Positions 14,181 to 28,077 of a stretch of DNA of 64,000 nucleotides are shown here, in pieces. The stretch is from Eledone cirrhosa (Eukaryota), in the NCBI GenBank assembly GCA_964016885.1, contig OZ024742.1, positions 114,638,001 through 114,702,000 of the forward strand. Direction: 5' to 3'. The notes under the pieces are model-generated. The model was not told where the DNA came from. It searched no databases and saw nothing but the letters and a program-made list of their open reading frames with translations. Positions within the stretch are counted from its first letter, which is position 1; each line of letters begins with the position of its first letter. A program made the translations under genes and the position numbers.

Positions 14181-14859
14181 TTGGAGGTTTCTTTACGTGG
14201 TGAAAATATTTTGCAACAGCTTGATTTCTCTTCTGTAAAACGTCAAACAGCCGTGCACTGGTATTTCCCGTGTTACCAATTTCCCTTAAATTATGACAGA
14301 TTTTTTAATGATCAATATTGTCAAATGCTTTAATAAATTCAAGGTGTGTGCAGTCTATTCTAAAGAATTTATGCTGCTGTTTTATTTCTCGCAGGAAATC
14401 TCCAACTATCCAAAAACCATGTTATGTATAATGAAATGATTCCTCCATGAGGTAGGTAATTAATCATTTTCAATAATGATTTCTATAATGTTAGATATGA
14501 GATATTAAAGAAACATGTCTATAATCTTTTACTTCATTCTGACTTCATGCATCGACGTTACACTTGCTTCTTCCAGTATGCTCTGGGAATCTTTCAGATT
14601 CGAATGACTTTTGAAATAGCATTTTTAATAGTTAGTCTATTTAGTCAACCATTTAGCGCATCTTTGGAACACTACATAATTCCGTGTCTGAGTTTGTATC
14701 GAGATCATTAATACATGCAAGTACTGTATACTTGCATACTTACGTATATGCATGCACACTTAATTAAAAATATAGAACCATATACTCATACATCGGTATA
14801 AAATGAGAACTATAATTCAACGCTATCCTCTTATTTATAAATACAGTGAACATATGTAA

Positions 14860-15110
14860 GATGAAGAAGGGTTCTATATCAGAATCCACATCCATGGAAG
14901 TCTCTTCGGTCTGCGCCCGTAGCAGGCACACGTAAAAAACTGATCCGGGAACACCTGTTTGCTGACGATGCCGCACTTGTTGCACGCAATGAAAGAGACG
15001 GCTGCTCCACAGGATGTATACCATCCACCACATATTTCCATAAAGGAAGACAAGCTGAATGTTATACAGCAGCTATGCTATCATGGGAGTATCTATTGAC
15101 TTATTTAAAG
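14860..15110 (+). mobile_element. RTE (BovB-like) RT fragment
   Basis: EGFYIRIHIHGSLFGLRP...IREHLFADDAALVA. Confidence 0.7.
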
Positions 15111-15879
15111 TTACGTTCATTTAAAATTATAAATTTAACCGCCATATTTCTGCAGACAACATCGGTCTATTTATTTACCTATATACATGAATAAATATGT
15201 ATGTTTAATCCGCTGAGAGCGTCTTTCTATTTCTATTTTTCCTTACCTCGAATACACCTGGAGTTTAGAATTTTGCCTTCACAAATACTTCCGTGTCGCT
15301 CTCAAACCTGGATTTTCTGAAACGTGAGTGATATTTCTGAGCTTCCCTGCCTATAATGTATATACTTATAATGTAAGCAGACAAACACAAGGCCAACATA
15401 AACAGAGAGAGAGAGAGAGAGGGAGAGAGAGAGAGAGAGAAAGAGGGTGAGAGAGAGAGATAAAGAGAGAGAGAGAGAGAGATAGAGAGAGAAAGAGAGA
15501 GATAGAGAGAGAGTCAAACGTACAAACAAATACACATATTCAGACGCATATCTATATATGTTTGCTTAAATTTTACGCTGACATTCTCCTTTTCGACATT
15601 AGGAACCAATGACCACCTGTTTTCTCCTCAGCATCTCAGATCATGTATGCACGCATATTATCGCATTCAAATCAGAATAAATAAGAGAACCAGTGTCAAA
15701 TTCCCTCATTGATTTAAAACCAACCAGGAAAGGACGCGTTTAGGGCGCCTAGAAAAAATTGCGGCATTGTTACCTGGACTAAAACTTTTGGATCGAATCA
15801 ATACATATGTAGAAATATATATATATAAACATTTCAAATATAATCGTTAGTAAGATAATGATTTTTACTAGAAGCACAC

Positions 15880-16055
15880 GGGGAAAAGGGGAAAAGTCGA
15901 TTAAATCGACTCCAGTGCGTTACTGGCACTTTATTTTATCGACCTTGTAAGGATGACATGGAAAGCTACCCTCGGCAGGATTTGGACTCACAACGTAAAG
16001 GACCGTAACTCTATGTTGCCCGACGCTCTACCGATACTGCCAATCGACCACCCTT
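15880..16055 (-). mobile_element. SINE copy (variant tail)
   Basis: tttattttatcgacc...ctctaccgatactgccaatc, reverse complement of the 13.4-14.2 kb SINE. Confidence 0.8.
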
Positions 16056-16964
16056 ATCATTGGTATGATAATGAGGCCAATTTTATATATTCCTCACACT
16101 TTAGAATTTTGAACTATTTATAATTATCTACTCATGCATGGGGAAAAGAAATTAATAATTTTGAAGTTTATACGCGGCTTTCACAAGCCTCTCACGCTGA
16201 AATTTTAGAAATCAATTGCAGTAGGTAATTTGACTTCATGGTCATGCCCTACAAATTATAGGTACTTTTCATGTAGTATAGCTGTTAGTGAGTCATGGCT
16301 GCGGAAGACAATCAATTATTCTAACACCAATCTAAATTAGCGACGACATGCCATTAATAATTAAGACAAACCTATTAAACATACAATCTACAATAGATCG
16401 ATATCAAGAATCAGAAAAGCTAAACAATTACAACTCACGTAAACAAAATAACGAATGACAAACGGCATAAATCAGAAACAGATCCAAACTTCGCAGAGTA
16501 GAGAAAGTAGAAGTATGCTAAACGTACTAACAAAATAGAATAGGAATTACAAATCTCATATTACTAAAGTCTGCGCACACACACACACACAAATGAATAA
16601 TGATAAAATTAAAAACAAAACTGGAACACTTCCTCTTCTGTAAAATCTTGGTTCTGAGAAAAATGAGCTTTCTTTACACAATATAATATAAACAAGTTTT
16701 ACATCTCCGTCACTGGATCAATATTACTCAAAACTATATAGTTTGCCCGCCAGTTTGGTTCCACCATTGACCGGGAAAGCCTTGTTATTGTGAACACAAG
16801 AATGCGTCTGCGATTTGAAAATGAGTCTACTGAAAAGATCGCATCCTATTTTTAAGGAACAATTCCCTAACACCTCGATCGGCCGCTGCGCCGACGATGT
16901 TTTGTATTTCTCCCATAAAGGCAACGGTTATTCAAGTTTCGTAATGATGTAAAAGTGATAATTA

Positions 16965-17760
16965 GTTACTTAAGACTAAAAATTACTGTAAACACTAATC
17001 TTACCGAGGCTAATTTACTGGAGGTTAAATTTGATTCTGTCACAGGCGCCTATAAACCTTATCATAAGCTTAATGAAACAATTAAGTGATATGAAGGGAG
17101 TGACCTCCCACTCAGCCGTAGACTTTAAACATCTAATCCAAAGTATTAGCTGTAGAAACTCCAACTTATCTTCCTCCTCCGAATATATATTTGGTAAGGC
17201 AGACACTTACTAAAACAAAGCAATTACAGATAGTGATTTCAGGGGTAACATCAAGCATATTCACAGCCCTACATGGATAATAATTTCCCATGCAACTCGG
17301 AAAACCTTAGTTATGCCATAACCTGCTGAAGTTGCCACGGACATTATGTCGAACAGATGGGACTGACACTCAGATAAAGAATGTCGGGCCATAGCCAGCA
17401 AATCAGGACCCAAAATACTAGAAAGATCCATCTAAGTAAACATATAGAAAAATTCGATGGCAAAACGCTACCAAACTTCGATGTTTTCCCATTGAACCAA
17501 TGTTGTTATGAAATCACAGAACAATGTAGAATTGACGAAGAGAAAAGGTTTATTAGAAAATAGAAACAACATGTGAACTCACTTGCAACATAATACTATT
17601 TGTTCAACACTGAAGGACGTTAGGCTTACACTCCTTCTCACATATTAAAAACAAAATGTTTACACAAGTGACAACGAAAAAGCCATTTATATCCTTAACT
17701 TTAGCAAGGACAGACGCGACCCCAAAAAGGTGGTCGAAAATTAGCATGAAGATGTTTTAA
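16965..17760 (+). mobile_element. Decayed PLE fragments (RT thumb; GIY-YIG C-terminus)
   Basis: AYKPYHKLNE and SNLSSS (17050-17180); ORF 17381..17563 resembles the GIY-YIG tail at 42460-42700. Confidence 0.6.
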
Positions 17761-17837
17761 GAAAGCAGTCTTTGCTAACAATGAATGTTATACGTGTTAA
17801 ATAGTTATTTTCGCATAAATAAATATATATATATATA

Positions 17838-19662
17838 TGCAAAAGTTCTGTTTAAAATTGTTGGGATACAACAAGTAAATATTTGTATAACTGATATAAA
17901 GCACTCGACAAGAATTTGGAGTAGGTATACGATATTAATAAATGGAAACTATATTTATAAAACCATATTTATTTCATTATACATATTTCAGGGATACCAA
18001 ATTAAATTATGGTATGCCTTCATCAGACAAAATACAATATATAACAGTTTTACAAATAAGCTTTGACGTACCCTATTAAAATGCAACCATTATTTTAAGA
18101 AGCCATCCGGATAGTGAGTTGTTTATATTATTTTAATAAGTCATAGTGTTAAGGACAATTAGAAAAAGGCGGAGAGAAAGAAAAAGACGGAGAGAGAGAA
18201 AGAAAAAACGTGGAGAAGTATCGGAGAGAGAGAGATGCATGGAGAAAAAAGAAAGAGATAAATAAAGACAGGAGGAAAGAAAGAAAAAAGGAAGAAATAA
18301 GAAATAAGAAAAACAGAGGAAAGCAACAGAGAGATAGTAAGTCATCAGACAGATAGAAAAACTCAAGAGAGAGAAATATTATATAGAGAGAGGGGTCGAA
18401 AATGAAAACTTTACTTCATGTCATATTAAGTTGAGTTAACAATTTATATGAAATGAATAATAAAAATATAAATATTAATATTCATGAATGGGACATAAAT
18501 ATATAATATGAGAAATTAAACATTGTTCAATAATGACTACATGTTTAGTTTAAAACTTGAGATCAATATACCAAAATTTGGGTTTAATCAACCAAAATGC
18601 TAGAGAAATCAGTATCTTAGGCAAAGACACAAATATATATATATATATATATATATACGCACGTACTGAAAATATATTTTCTCAAGTCAACAATATAGAC
18701 ATACAAAACGCAGACGATTTCTCTTAATCACTGCTATACATTCCTTGTGTTATATAAAAGTTCACAGCATATATATGTAAATTAATACGATTAACATTCA
18801 TGTCTTCATATATACGAATACCATTCATGCATTTAACATTCTGTTAAAATTATGCATATCTGCAATCAAAACTGTGTGGTTAGGCAACATATGTCTTACC
18901 CACACACATAGATATACATATATATATATACACACATATATGTATGAATAAATATTTGCGTGCGTCTTCCCGCATCGCTCATGTATACATACAGGCATAT
19001 ATACAATCATAAAAAAACCTATAACACTTTTATATGCATGTTAATACACACATACACATTTGTATAGAGATAATCAAATATCAATATATTACTAAGGATT
19101 ATACTTTGGAAATATAATTATAACAATATAAATTTAAAATACCAAAGGATTATATTTTGGACATACAATTATATCAGTATAACTAGGAACATGTTATGGT
19201 TCGCTCCTCCTTTCTCATTAAATATTAAAACCCCTATTGCTAAACAATTGTTTAAAGCTCTTGACAAATGCTTCCCTAGAACACATAGATATTACTCAAT
19301 TTTTAATAGACATACTATAAAATTAACTTATTCTTCCACCAAAAGTTTAGCGCAATATAATAATAGAATTAATAATAGAAATTAAAACTTAACCAAAATA
19401 CCAATAATAACCCAAGCAATATTCAATCTGATAAATGTAACTGTAGAAATAAATCTAACTGTCCGTTAAATAACAATTGCTTAGCTAAAAAATGGTAATG
19501 TAAAAACTAATTTAAATTCATTTAATTATGTGGGATCTACCTCCATAGAGATTAAATCCCGCTTCAATAATCATACAAATTATTTTACAGATCCAAACAA
19601 AAAATCTTCAACTTCTCTATCTAGTCTATTATGCGACCTGAAACTAGAGAACGTTATATACA
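17838..19662. mobile_element. Older copy of the 3-8 kb PLE family, again an inverted pLTR plus a plus-strand body
   Basis: 17838-~18780 aligns with the pLTR on minus; 19180-19660 plus strand reads WFAPPFSLNIKT..CNCR..CPL..YVGST. Confidence 0.8.
17970..18034 (-). ncRNA. Type I hammerhead ribozyme (family A)
   Basis: tattttgt CTGATGA aggcatacca-taatttaatt-tggtatccct GAAA tatgta TA atgaaata. Confidence 0.75.
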
Positions 19663-19725
<63 letters not shown>

Positions 19726-19804
19726 GTATATATATTTGTGAATGAAGTAATTCCGTCGGAAAGGTCCAGGAAAAAAGAGTGCTCTATGTAAGCAACAGAG
19801 CTTA

Positions 19805-20040
19805 ATTATTATTATGTAATAAACAACATAAGGCAATTATTCCATTTACCAGTGGTTTCTTAAAAGCAAAAGGTTTTGCTTTCAATCCTCAGAATGAAAA
19901 AATCCTGGTTTGTTTATTGAATTTGGATCTTAAAAACAAAAAAGCAAGCTATATGAAAGTGAGGCTGGAGAAGGAAGAAGGAAAGGAAAAGTAAAATAAG
20001 ACTACACATACAACCACACATACACGAAAAAACATAAAGG

Positions 20041-20071
<31 letters not shown>

Positions 20072-20204
20072 ATACACACACACACGCATACACACACACG
20101 TTATTCCGGGTTGAATCGGAGGCAGCTATAGTAAGCAAGGCACTCAGTACACCGCAGAGCATGAAAGTTTTAATATAGATGAGAATCTGTATATCTATAC
20201 AAAC

Positions 20205-20235
<31 letters not shown>

Positions 20236-20886
20236 CGCGCGCATGTGTATGCGCGCACGCACGCACGCGTATACAAATATGAATATATTTCCCCCATACA
20301 CATGTGTGTGCGTGCATGCGCGCATACGCGCATGCGTACGCGTGCCCATGGGTGCGCGCGAGTGTATGAGTGGGTATGTTCTGTTGAAAGTGTCTCGTGA
20401 ATTTATGGCAACAGTTGTATAGATTATACTTAGAAATTGTCTACAGAATTCCCTAAACCTTCGTCAATTTACTAGAACCTTTAAGAATTTAGCTTTTAAG
20501 GAATCTCCCCTTCCTCCAAATCTATCTACCATGACTGACCCCATACTGATCTTACAGACACCTGTAAGCTAAAGAGAAACGTAATGATAAGGATTGGCTC
20601 CAATCTGAATACAGAAATCTGTCTGCCTTTGTTCCTCTAAAAACAAACATATATAAAGTATTAAAGCAACATAAGGCAATTATTCCATTTACCAAGGGTT
20701 TCTTAAAAGCAAAAAAAAATGTTCCTACAATCTTCAGGATGAGAGAAACCTGGCTTATCCACACATACACATATATACACACACACACAAATACATACAT
20801 ATATAAATACATACACACAGGCACACACACACGTACGTATAAACATATATACATACACACATACACATACACACATATATCTATAT

Positions 20887-20921
<35 letters not shown>

Positions 20922-22046
20922 CATATATACACACAAATATACATCCACATACACATAGGTATGTGGAGGGCAAGGCAAAAAGAATATATGTTGGGGGGGG
21001 GGGCATATGAGAAGGTAAAATATAAGGGGAGGTAAGGGAGACAAAAATATTAAAAATGTAAATATACAAGAGTACAGAACGTAGAAACAGTAAAATAAAA
21101 ACCGTAGCAGAAGTAAAGAGCGGAGCAGGAGTTCAAGGCGGTTGATTTCTCATAGGTTGATTTCTCATGTGATTTCTCATGTGATTTCTCATAGGTTGAT
21201 TTCTCGGTTGATTTCTCGGTGGATTTCTCATGTGTATGCATGTACGTGTGTATATATGCTAGACAAGTATATTCATCCTTTCTACATTTCTCCGGAATAT
21301 AATTTATACTAGTTGAGCAAACCTGCACGTACGCTGTTCATCTCTAACTACATTATTGATAACCTGAAATTTTATATATATATATATATGTGTGTGTGGG
21401 TATGGCTATGTGTATGTATGTGTATGCGTGTACACACGCGCATATATATGTATATGTATATATATGCGTGTATATATGTGTGTGTGTGTGTGTGTATATA
21501 TATGCATGTGTGTGTGTGTGTATGTGTGTGTGTGTATGTGTGTGTGTGTGTATATATATATATGTATGCGTGTGTGTGTGTAGATATGTTTGTGTGTGTA
21601 TGTGTGTGTGTGTGTGTGTGTATGTATGAATGTTTGCATATGTTTGCTTTTAGAGGAACAAAGGCAGACAGATTTCTCTATTCACATTGGAGCCAACCCT
21701 TATCATTAGGTTACTCTTTAGCTTACAGGTGTCTGTAAGATCAGTATGGGGTCAGTCATGGTAGATAGATTTGGAGGAAGGGGAGATTCCTTAAAAGCTA
21801 AATTATTAAAGGTTCTAGTAAATTGACGAAGGTTTAGGGAATTCTGTAGACAATTTCTAAGTATAATCTATACAACTGTAGGCATAAATTCACGAGACAC
21901 TTTCAACAGAACATACCCACTCATACACTCGCGCGCACCCATGGGCACGCGTACGCATGCGCGTATGCGCGCATGCACGCACACACATGTGTATGGGGGA
22001 AATATATTTATATTTGTATACGCGTGCGTGCGTGCGCGCATACACA

Positions 22047-22087
<41 letters not shown>

Positions 22088-22233
22088 GTTTGTATAGATA
22101 TACAGATTCTCATCTATATTAAAACTTTCATGCTCTGCGGTGTACTGAGTGCCTTGCTTACTATGGCTGCCTCCGATTCAACCCGGAATAACGTGTGTGT
22201 GGATGCGTGTGTGTGTGTATGTGTGTGTGTGTG

Positions 22234-22270
<37 letters not shown>

Positions 22271-22504
22271 CTTTATGTTTTTTCGTGTATGTGTGGTTGT
22301 ATGTGTAGTCTTATTTTATTTTTCCTTTCCTTCTTGCTTCTCCAGCCTCACTTTCATATAGCTTGCTTTTTTGTTTTTAAGATCCAAATTCAATAAACAA
22401 ACCAGGATTTTTTCATTCTGAGGATTGAAAGCAAAACCTTTTGTTTTAAGAAACCACTGGTAAATGGATTAATTGCCTTATGTTGTTTATTACATAATAA
22501 TAAT
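19805..22504. repeat. Long inverted repeat (arms 19805-20652 and 21638-22504, ~1 kb spacer)
   Basis: Arms are near-identical reverse complements; 20660-20755 directly repeats 19820-19912; another copy of the end at 58262-58450; 12/15-bp minisatellite at 21140-21232. Confidence 0.88.
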
Positions 22505-22507
22505 ACA

Positions 22508-22626
<119 letters not shown>

Positions 22627-22638
22627 TATATATATAAA

Positions 22639-22712
<74 letters not shown>

Positions 22713-22732
22713 TTTATATATATACTGTATAG

Positions 22733-24779
22733 GCACATTTCGGTCAAACGCCACCGGCTCCGGACGCCCCAGACCCGTTTCTCGCCCTGGGCCGACGACC
22801 ATCTTCTTTAACGCCGGCCCCAGGGCAATTTAGCACCCTGGACGCCTTCGTCGATGCCAGCCGTAGCGCAGTAAATCGTTTCGACTTCTGCCACCGTTCC
22901 AAACGGCACAACATCTCACGGGGCGAACTCCTCGCTCTCCGCTCCCTCCGTAGCCGAGATGACATCGTCATGAAACCGGCGGACAAGGGAGGCGCCGTGT
23001 TGGTATGGCGCGCGGACCTCTACAAGGCCGAAGCCCTCAGGCAGCTCTGTAACCCCCTCTTTTACCGCCCTCTACCCTCCGATCCCACGCCCCTCTACCA
23101 ACAACAAGTCTCCTCCACCATCAAAGACCTTATCGCCTCCTCCCTCCTCCCCCCCACCGCTTCCCACCTCATCGTCCGCACACCCCGCACCCCCACCATC
23201 TACTTCCTCCCCAAACTCCACAAACCCGACAACCCCGGCCGTCCCATCGCCTCCGCTTGCAACTGCCCCACCGAAGTCATCTCCGCCTTTCTCGACTCCC
23301 TCCTCGCCCCACTTGTCACCACCCTCCCCTCCCACATCTCTGACACCAACCACGCCCTGCGCCTTTTCGACTCCTTCACCTACCTACCCGGCCCTCAGCC
23401 ATTCCTCTTCACCCTAGACATCAAGTCCCTCTATACCGTCATCCCCCACGCCGACGGCCTTCGCGCCCTCAAACACTACCTCGACCTTCGCCCCTCCCCC
23501 ATTCCCTCCACCCCCACCCTCCTTCGCCGAGCCGAGCTGGTCCTCACCCTAAATTGTTTCTCCTTCTCGGGTGAGTTTTACCAACAGGTCACGGGGGTAG
23601 CCATGGGCACAAGAATGGGCCCGAACTATGCCAACCTTTTTGTTGGCCATGTTGAGGCCCAAATCTTTGCCCAGTACACCGGCACCACGCCCGAACTGTA
23701 CGGTCGTTACATTGACGACTGTATCGGAGCCACGACCCTCACCCGAGTACAGCTCGACTCCTTTCTCTCCTTCTTCTGCTCCTTCCACCCCTCCCTCCAC
23801 TTCACCACCTCTATCTCCACCACCCACGTCCACTTCTTGGACATCTCCGTCGCCTTCGACCCCTCCCACCACTCCCTCGTCACCTCCGCCTTCTTCAAAC
23901 CCACCGACTCCCACTCTTACCTCGACTTCACCTCTTCCCACCCCACCCACACTAAACTCTCCATTCCCTACTCCCAACTTCTCAGGATCCGCCGCCTCTG
24001 TAGCCGAGATGCTGACTTCGAGTCCCAAGCCCTTTCCCTAGTCAGCCATTTCATCCGCAGAGGTTACCCCCCTCTCTCGTCCACACCGCTCTCACCCGCG
24101 CCCGTGCTATCCCCCGCTCTACCACCCTCACCCCACGCCACCGCACACCCACCCACCGTCTCCCCTTCCCCATCACCTACCACCCCTCCACCTTACCCCT
24201 CCACCGCACCATCCGCCGCCTCTTCCGACACCTCCAGTCCGACCCCTCCACATCCCACATCTTCCCAACCCCACCACTCCCCTCCTTCAAACGCGCACGC
24301 AATCTCCGCACCCTCCTCGTCCACAGCTCCCTACCCCCCAACCCACGCTCCGTTCCCCCCCCGGTTCCTTCCCCTGTTCTAGGCCCCGCTGCAACACCTG
24401 TCCCCACATCACCAACACCACCACCTTCCAGGGTCCCAACGGCCACCCTCTCTCGGTCCGGCATGCCTTCCGCTGCACCTCCTCCAACCTAGTCTACGGA
24501 CTTCGTTGCACGAGGTGCAGCGCGACTTATGTCGGGCAGACGGGACGCCGCCCGGCGGACCGAGTCACGGAGCATCTCCGGGACATTCGTCTCGGGGGCA
24601 GTTCCCCCATCGCCCGCGACTTTGGTGGCCCTGGACACTCCGCACACCATCTCACAGTCTGTGGCCTACTCCAGTGCCACGGAACACCCGCCCATCGCCT
24701 CACGGTCGAACAACGTACTATCTTCATCTTACAGACCCACACTCCCCCCGGCCTGAACTCCCCACCCTTATTCCTTTAG
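22733..24779 (+). CDS. PLE reverse transcriptase, Zn knuckle and GIY-YIG endonuclease (two 1-nt frameshifts in poly-C)
   Basis: [82 protein letters not shown]; frame open from 22733; shifts near 24070 and 24360; TAG 24777-24779. Confidence 0.9.
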
Positions 24780-25254
24780 CGTTCGACCGCCCCCCTCCCC
24801 CACTTATCCCCCACTAACACCACTAACACACCCCTCCTTTTCACCGCCCACCCCACACTAACAATACTAACACCTCCACTCCACCCCTCATCTAACCACC
24901 CTTCCCCAACTAACATACTAACATCCCTTCCCTCCCCTCTTCTCCTCCTCCCCCCTCCTTATCACACGCACACACTTACACCACCCACCCCACACGCAAC
25001 TAACATCACTAACACCCTCCAACCCCACGCACACGTACCCACACACCCTCGTACACCACCAACTCTACACACCCTACCCCCTCTAACCCCCACTCACACC
25101 TGCATTCCACCCCTCCCCACCTCCCGTCTACTAACACCCACTAACACCTCCTCACCAACTACACACACACCAGTACGCCACCCTCCCTCCATAGAACCAC
25201 ACACACCCTTCTCTCCCCACTCCACACTCACTCATCCCACTAACACCCCTACTA

Positions 25255-25292
<38 letters not shown>

Positions 25293-26124
25293 CCTCCTCA
25301 CTCCAACTCTCACACCTACCCATCCTCGCCTCCCTACCATTCCGCTGACTGCTGCTATGCCCTTCCGACCACTGTCTCAGCACCAACTGACCACAGCACT
25401 TCCACTGCTGACCACTTCCTGTTGCGCGCGCACCCCACATCTCTCCTCTTCCGACCACCGCTTCTTGGATTACCCACACGCGTTTTGACTTCCAACCAAA
25501 ATCTCCATACATCCGTGTAACTTACCACTTTCAACCATCCTCCAACACCATCACCTATATAACTCACCCACACACACATCCCAAAACAAATTTTTGTTAT
25601 CCACACGCCACCCACACCCACAACACGCTTAAACCACACACACGTGCTTCCCACCACATATTTACACCCTCAGCCCCCTGATTCCTCTCCCCCACCCCCT
25701 ATCCACACACGCACAGACCCTCCGACACACAAAAACACCCCCCACACACACCTTCCTGAAGATGCAACCCCGTTCTTCCCCCAAACCTCACTTTCACATA
25801 CACACACACACACACACACGCACACCTAACCACACACACCACCTTCAGCCCTCCCCGCTCGGACACCCCGTCTCCCTCTCCCCACTCCACCCGCCTCCAC
25901 CTCTACTCACCCCACACCCTTCCACCACCTGTTTACCCCCCTTTTAATTTCAGTTTATTTTGATCATGCCTTTATTTTTAAATGTTCTCATTCCTTGTAT
26001 TTTGATTATGCTTTATTTTTATTTATTATTTATTATATTTTTGTCTTTATTTGTTAATTTTTCATTCGCACCGTTTCCTTTCGCTATATGTCTCTCCACC
26101 ACTCCCCTACACACCTTTTGAACT

Positions 26125-26165
26125 CTTACCTGAAGAAGGGCTTATGCCCGAAACGTCGTCCTCCA
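26125..26165 (+). ncRNA. Hammerhead core in Neptune-like pLTR
   Basis: CTGAAGA a gggc-ttat-gccc GAAA cg t cg TC; stem I not evident. Confidence 0.6.
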
Positions 26166-26626
26166 CCTACCCCCCACTCTCCTGAGCGTGAATCTAATAA
26201 ACATTTGTCGTACTGCCTCTCTGTTCTGTCCCTGTTCAATTTTTTATTATATATATGTACTTGGTTTCGAATCTGATTCGCAAGATTTCTTCCCTGAAAA
26301 CGAGTGTTGACACGTTGTAATGCATTGGGAAGGTTATGTTGTCAATAACAACACACGCACCTGTTGACTGTCACTTCAATTTATTATAAATTTCCTGTTG
26401 GTTGGTTGGTTGGTTCGATAACCGGATGGTTGATTATATGTTATCAATGTTCTTTCATTACACGTTCTGTGACCTCCTCCTTGACATGTATTTTATTTTG
26501 TTTCTCTTCTTTTTTCTGTCCTACACCACCTTGTTATTATGTGTTTTGTACTGGCACAAGACACAACAATACGTAATATTACATATATATATAGATATAA
26601 AGATATATATGTGTGTGTGTGTGTGT

Positions 26627-26700
26627 AGTAGTAGTATTAGTAGTAGCAGCATCAGCAGTAGCAGCATCAGGAGCAGCAGCAGTAGTAGTAATAGTAGTAT

Positions 26701-26760
<60 letters not shown>

Positions 26761-26779
26761 GTAGTAGTAGTAGTAGTAT

Positions 26780-26811
<32 letters not shown>
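26627..26811 (+). repeat. (TAG)n/(CAG)n microsatellite
   Basis: Direct reading. Confidence 0.95.
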
Positions 26812-26812
<1 letters not shown>

Positions 26813-27366
26813 AGGTGTTGCAGTAATATACCGGCTACACCACACGGTCATTAGAAGAGAGAGAATGTTGTAAATTCTAATTTCACTATCGTAGTCTTGA
26901 ATTACATGCGGTCATGAATCTACATTAAATAACAGAAGACACTGTTTAAAAACAGAAGCGGACGAAAACTTATTGATCGAAGTTTCTTTTGAGAACATTT
27001 ATTCGATAGGAGGACACCACGCCCATTAAGATTTTCTTCTAGGTCATTTTGGTATTTCTCCAAATTGAGATATCGCATCTCCGATATTACGATCATGCCG
27101 TTAGACAAATCTTACGGGTAAAATTCGCTGAAGACCAAATCGTAAAACGCGACACTAACAAGGTGTTGGATAACATTTATCATCTAACTTGTTCACATTT
27201 GTTTACGCTGACAAAGATATGGGTGACAGTTGATAATGATAGAACAGTCGGTAAGGCCTGTGTGGCCACAACTTCCACAACTCACTCAGGATTATGTAGC
27301 TGTAGCCGAAAATGAATAAGTATACACAAACACACACATGAACACATACACATATATATATATATG

Positions 27367-27545
<179 letters not shown>

Positions 27546-27714
27546 ATATTATATTTAGCGGGACTAGAACTGTTTCATTCGGGAGAAATGATCAATGAAG
27601 ATTTCTAGTCCAGTAGAAGCCATTTCTGTATTGAATATAATACTCTATTATGTAATGAGTACCTTACATGCTGCGGTTACACCCGATTGAACTCGGGATA
27701 AACATATATATATA

Positions 27715-27763
<49 letters not shown>

Positions 27764-27914
27764 GATAAATATACCAAAATATACGGTAGTGTCCAATACG
27801 TATGAAGAACTCAATGTAATCCACATATAATGAAAAGAGAAGATGCATTCAAACATTTTCGATGAAAATCATAGAAAAACAGAGTCAAGATAAATTAATA
27901 AAATGAAATGAAAT

Positions 27915-28076
27915 AAAAACAAAGAACAAGATCTTTATATTAAAAAATTCATCATCTTACGATCGTTTCTAGGATGTGTATGTGTGTTGGTATGTATATC
28001 ATATAGATCTATGTAAAAATATTACAAATTATCAGAGGAAATATAGATACCTGCACATATACATTCTGTCTTCAGA
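27915..28076 (-). ncRNA. pLTR fragment with a long-stem-II hammerhead motif; second copy at 33255-33420
   Basis: Minus strand: CTGAAGA, ~95-nt hairpin (atgtatatgtg..ggtat../..atacc..acatacacat), GAAA cgatcg TA; stem I weak. Confidence 0.55.
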
Positions 28077-28077
28077 A

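Larger units (their letters stand above)
22731..26255 (+). mobile_element. GC-rich Neptune-like Penelope element, 5'-truncated, with C-rich 3' region and HHR-like pLTR
   Basis: RT and GIY-YIG ORF followed by 1.4 kb of C/A-rich sequence, an HHR core at 26130 and a poly(A) signal-like aataaa near 26195. Confidence 0.92.

Noticed and set aside
14958-14995. CTGACGA...GAAA hammerhead-like string
   Set aside because: Lies within the LFADD RT codons of an RTE fragment; stems I and III do not form
21815-21860. TTGACGA-agg hammerhead-like start in the 19.8-22.5 kb arms
   Set aside because: No matching GAAA and stem III downstream
24070-24382. Pro/Ser-rich C-terminus of the 470-aa ORF and the Gly/Glu-rich antisense ORFs
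   Set aside because: Out-of-frame and antisense readings of C-rich PLE sequence
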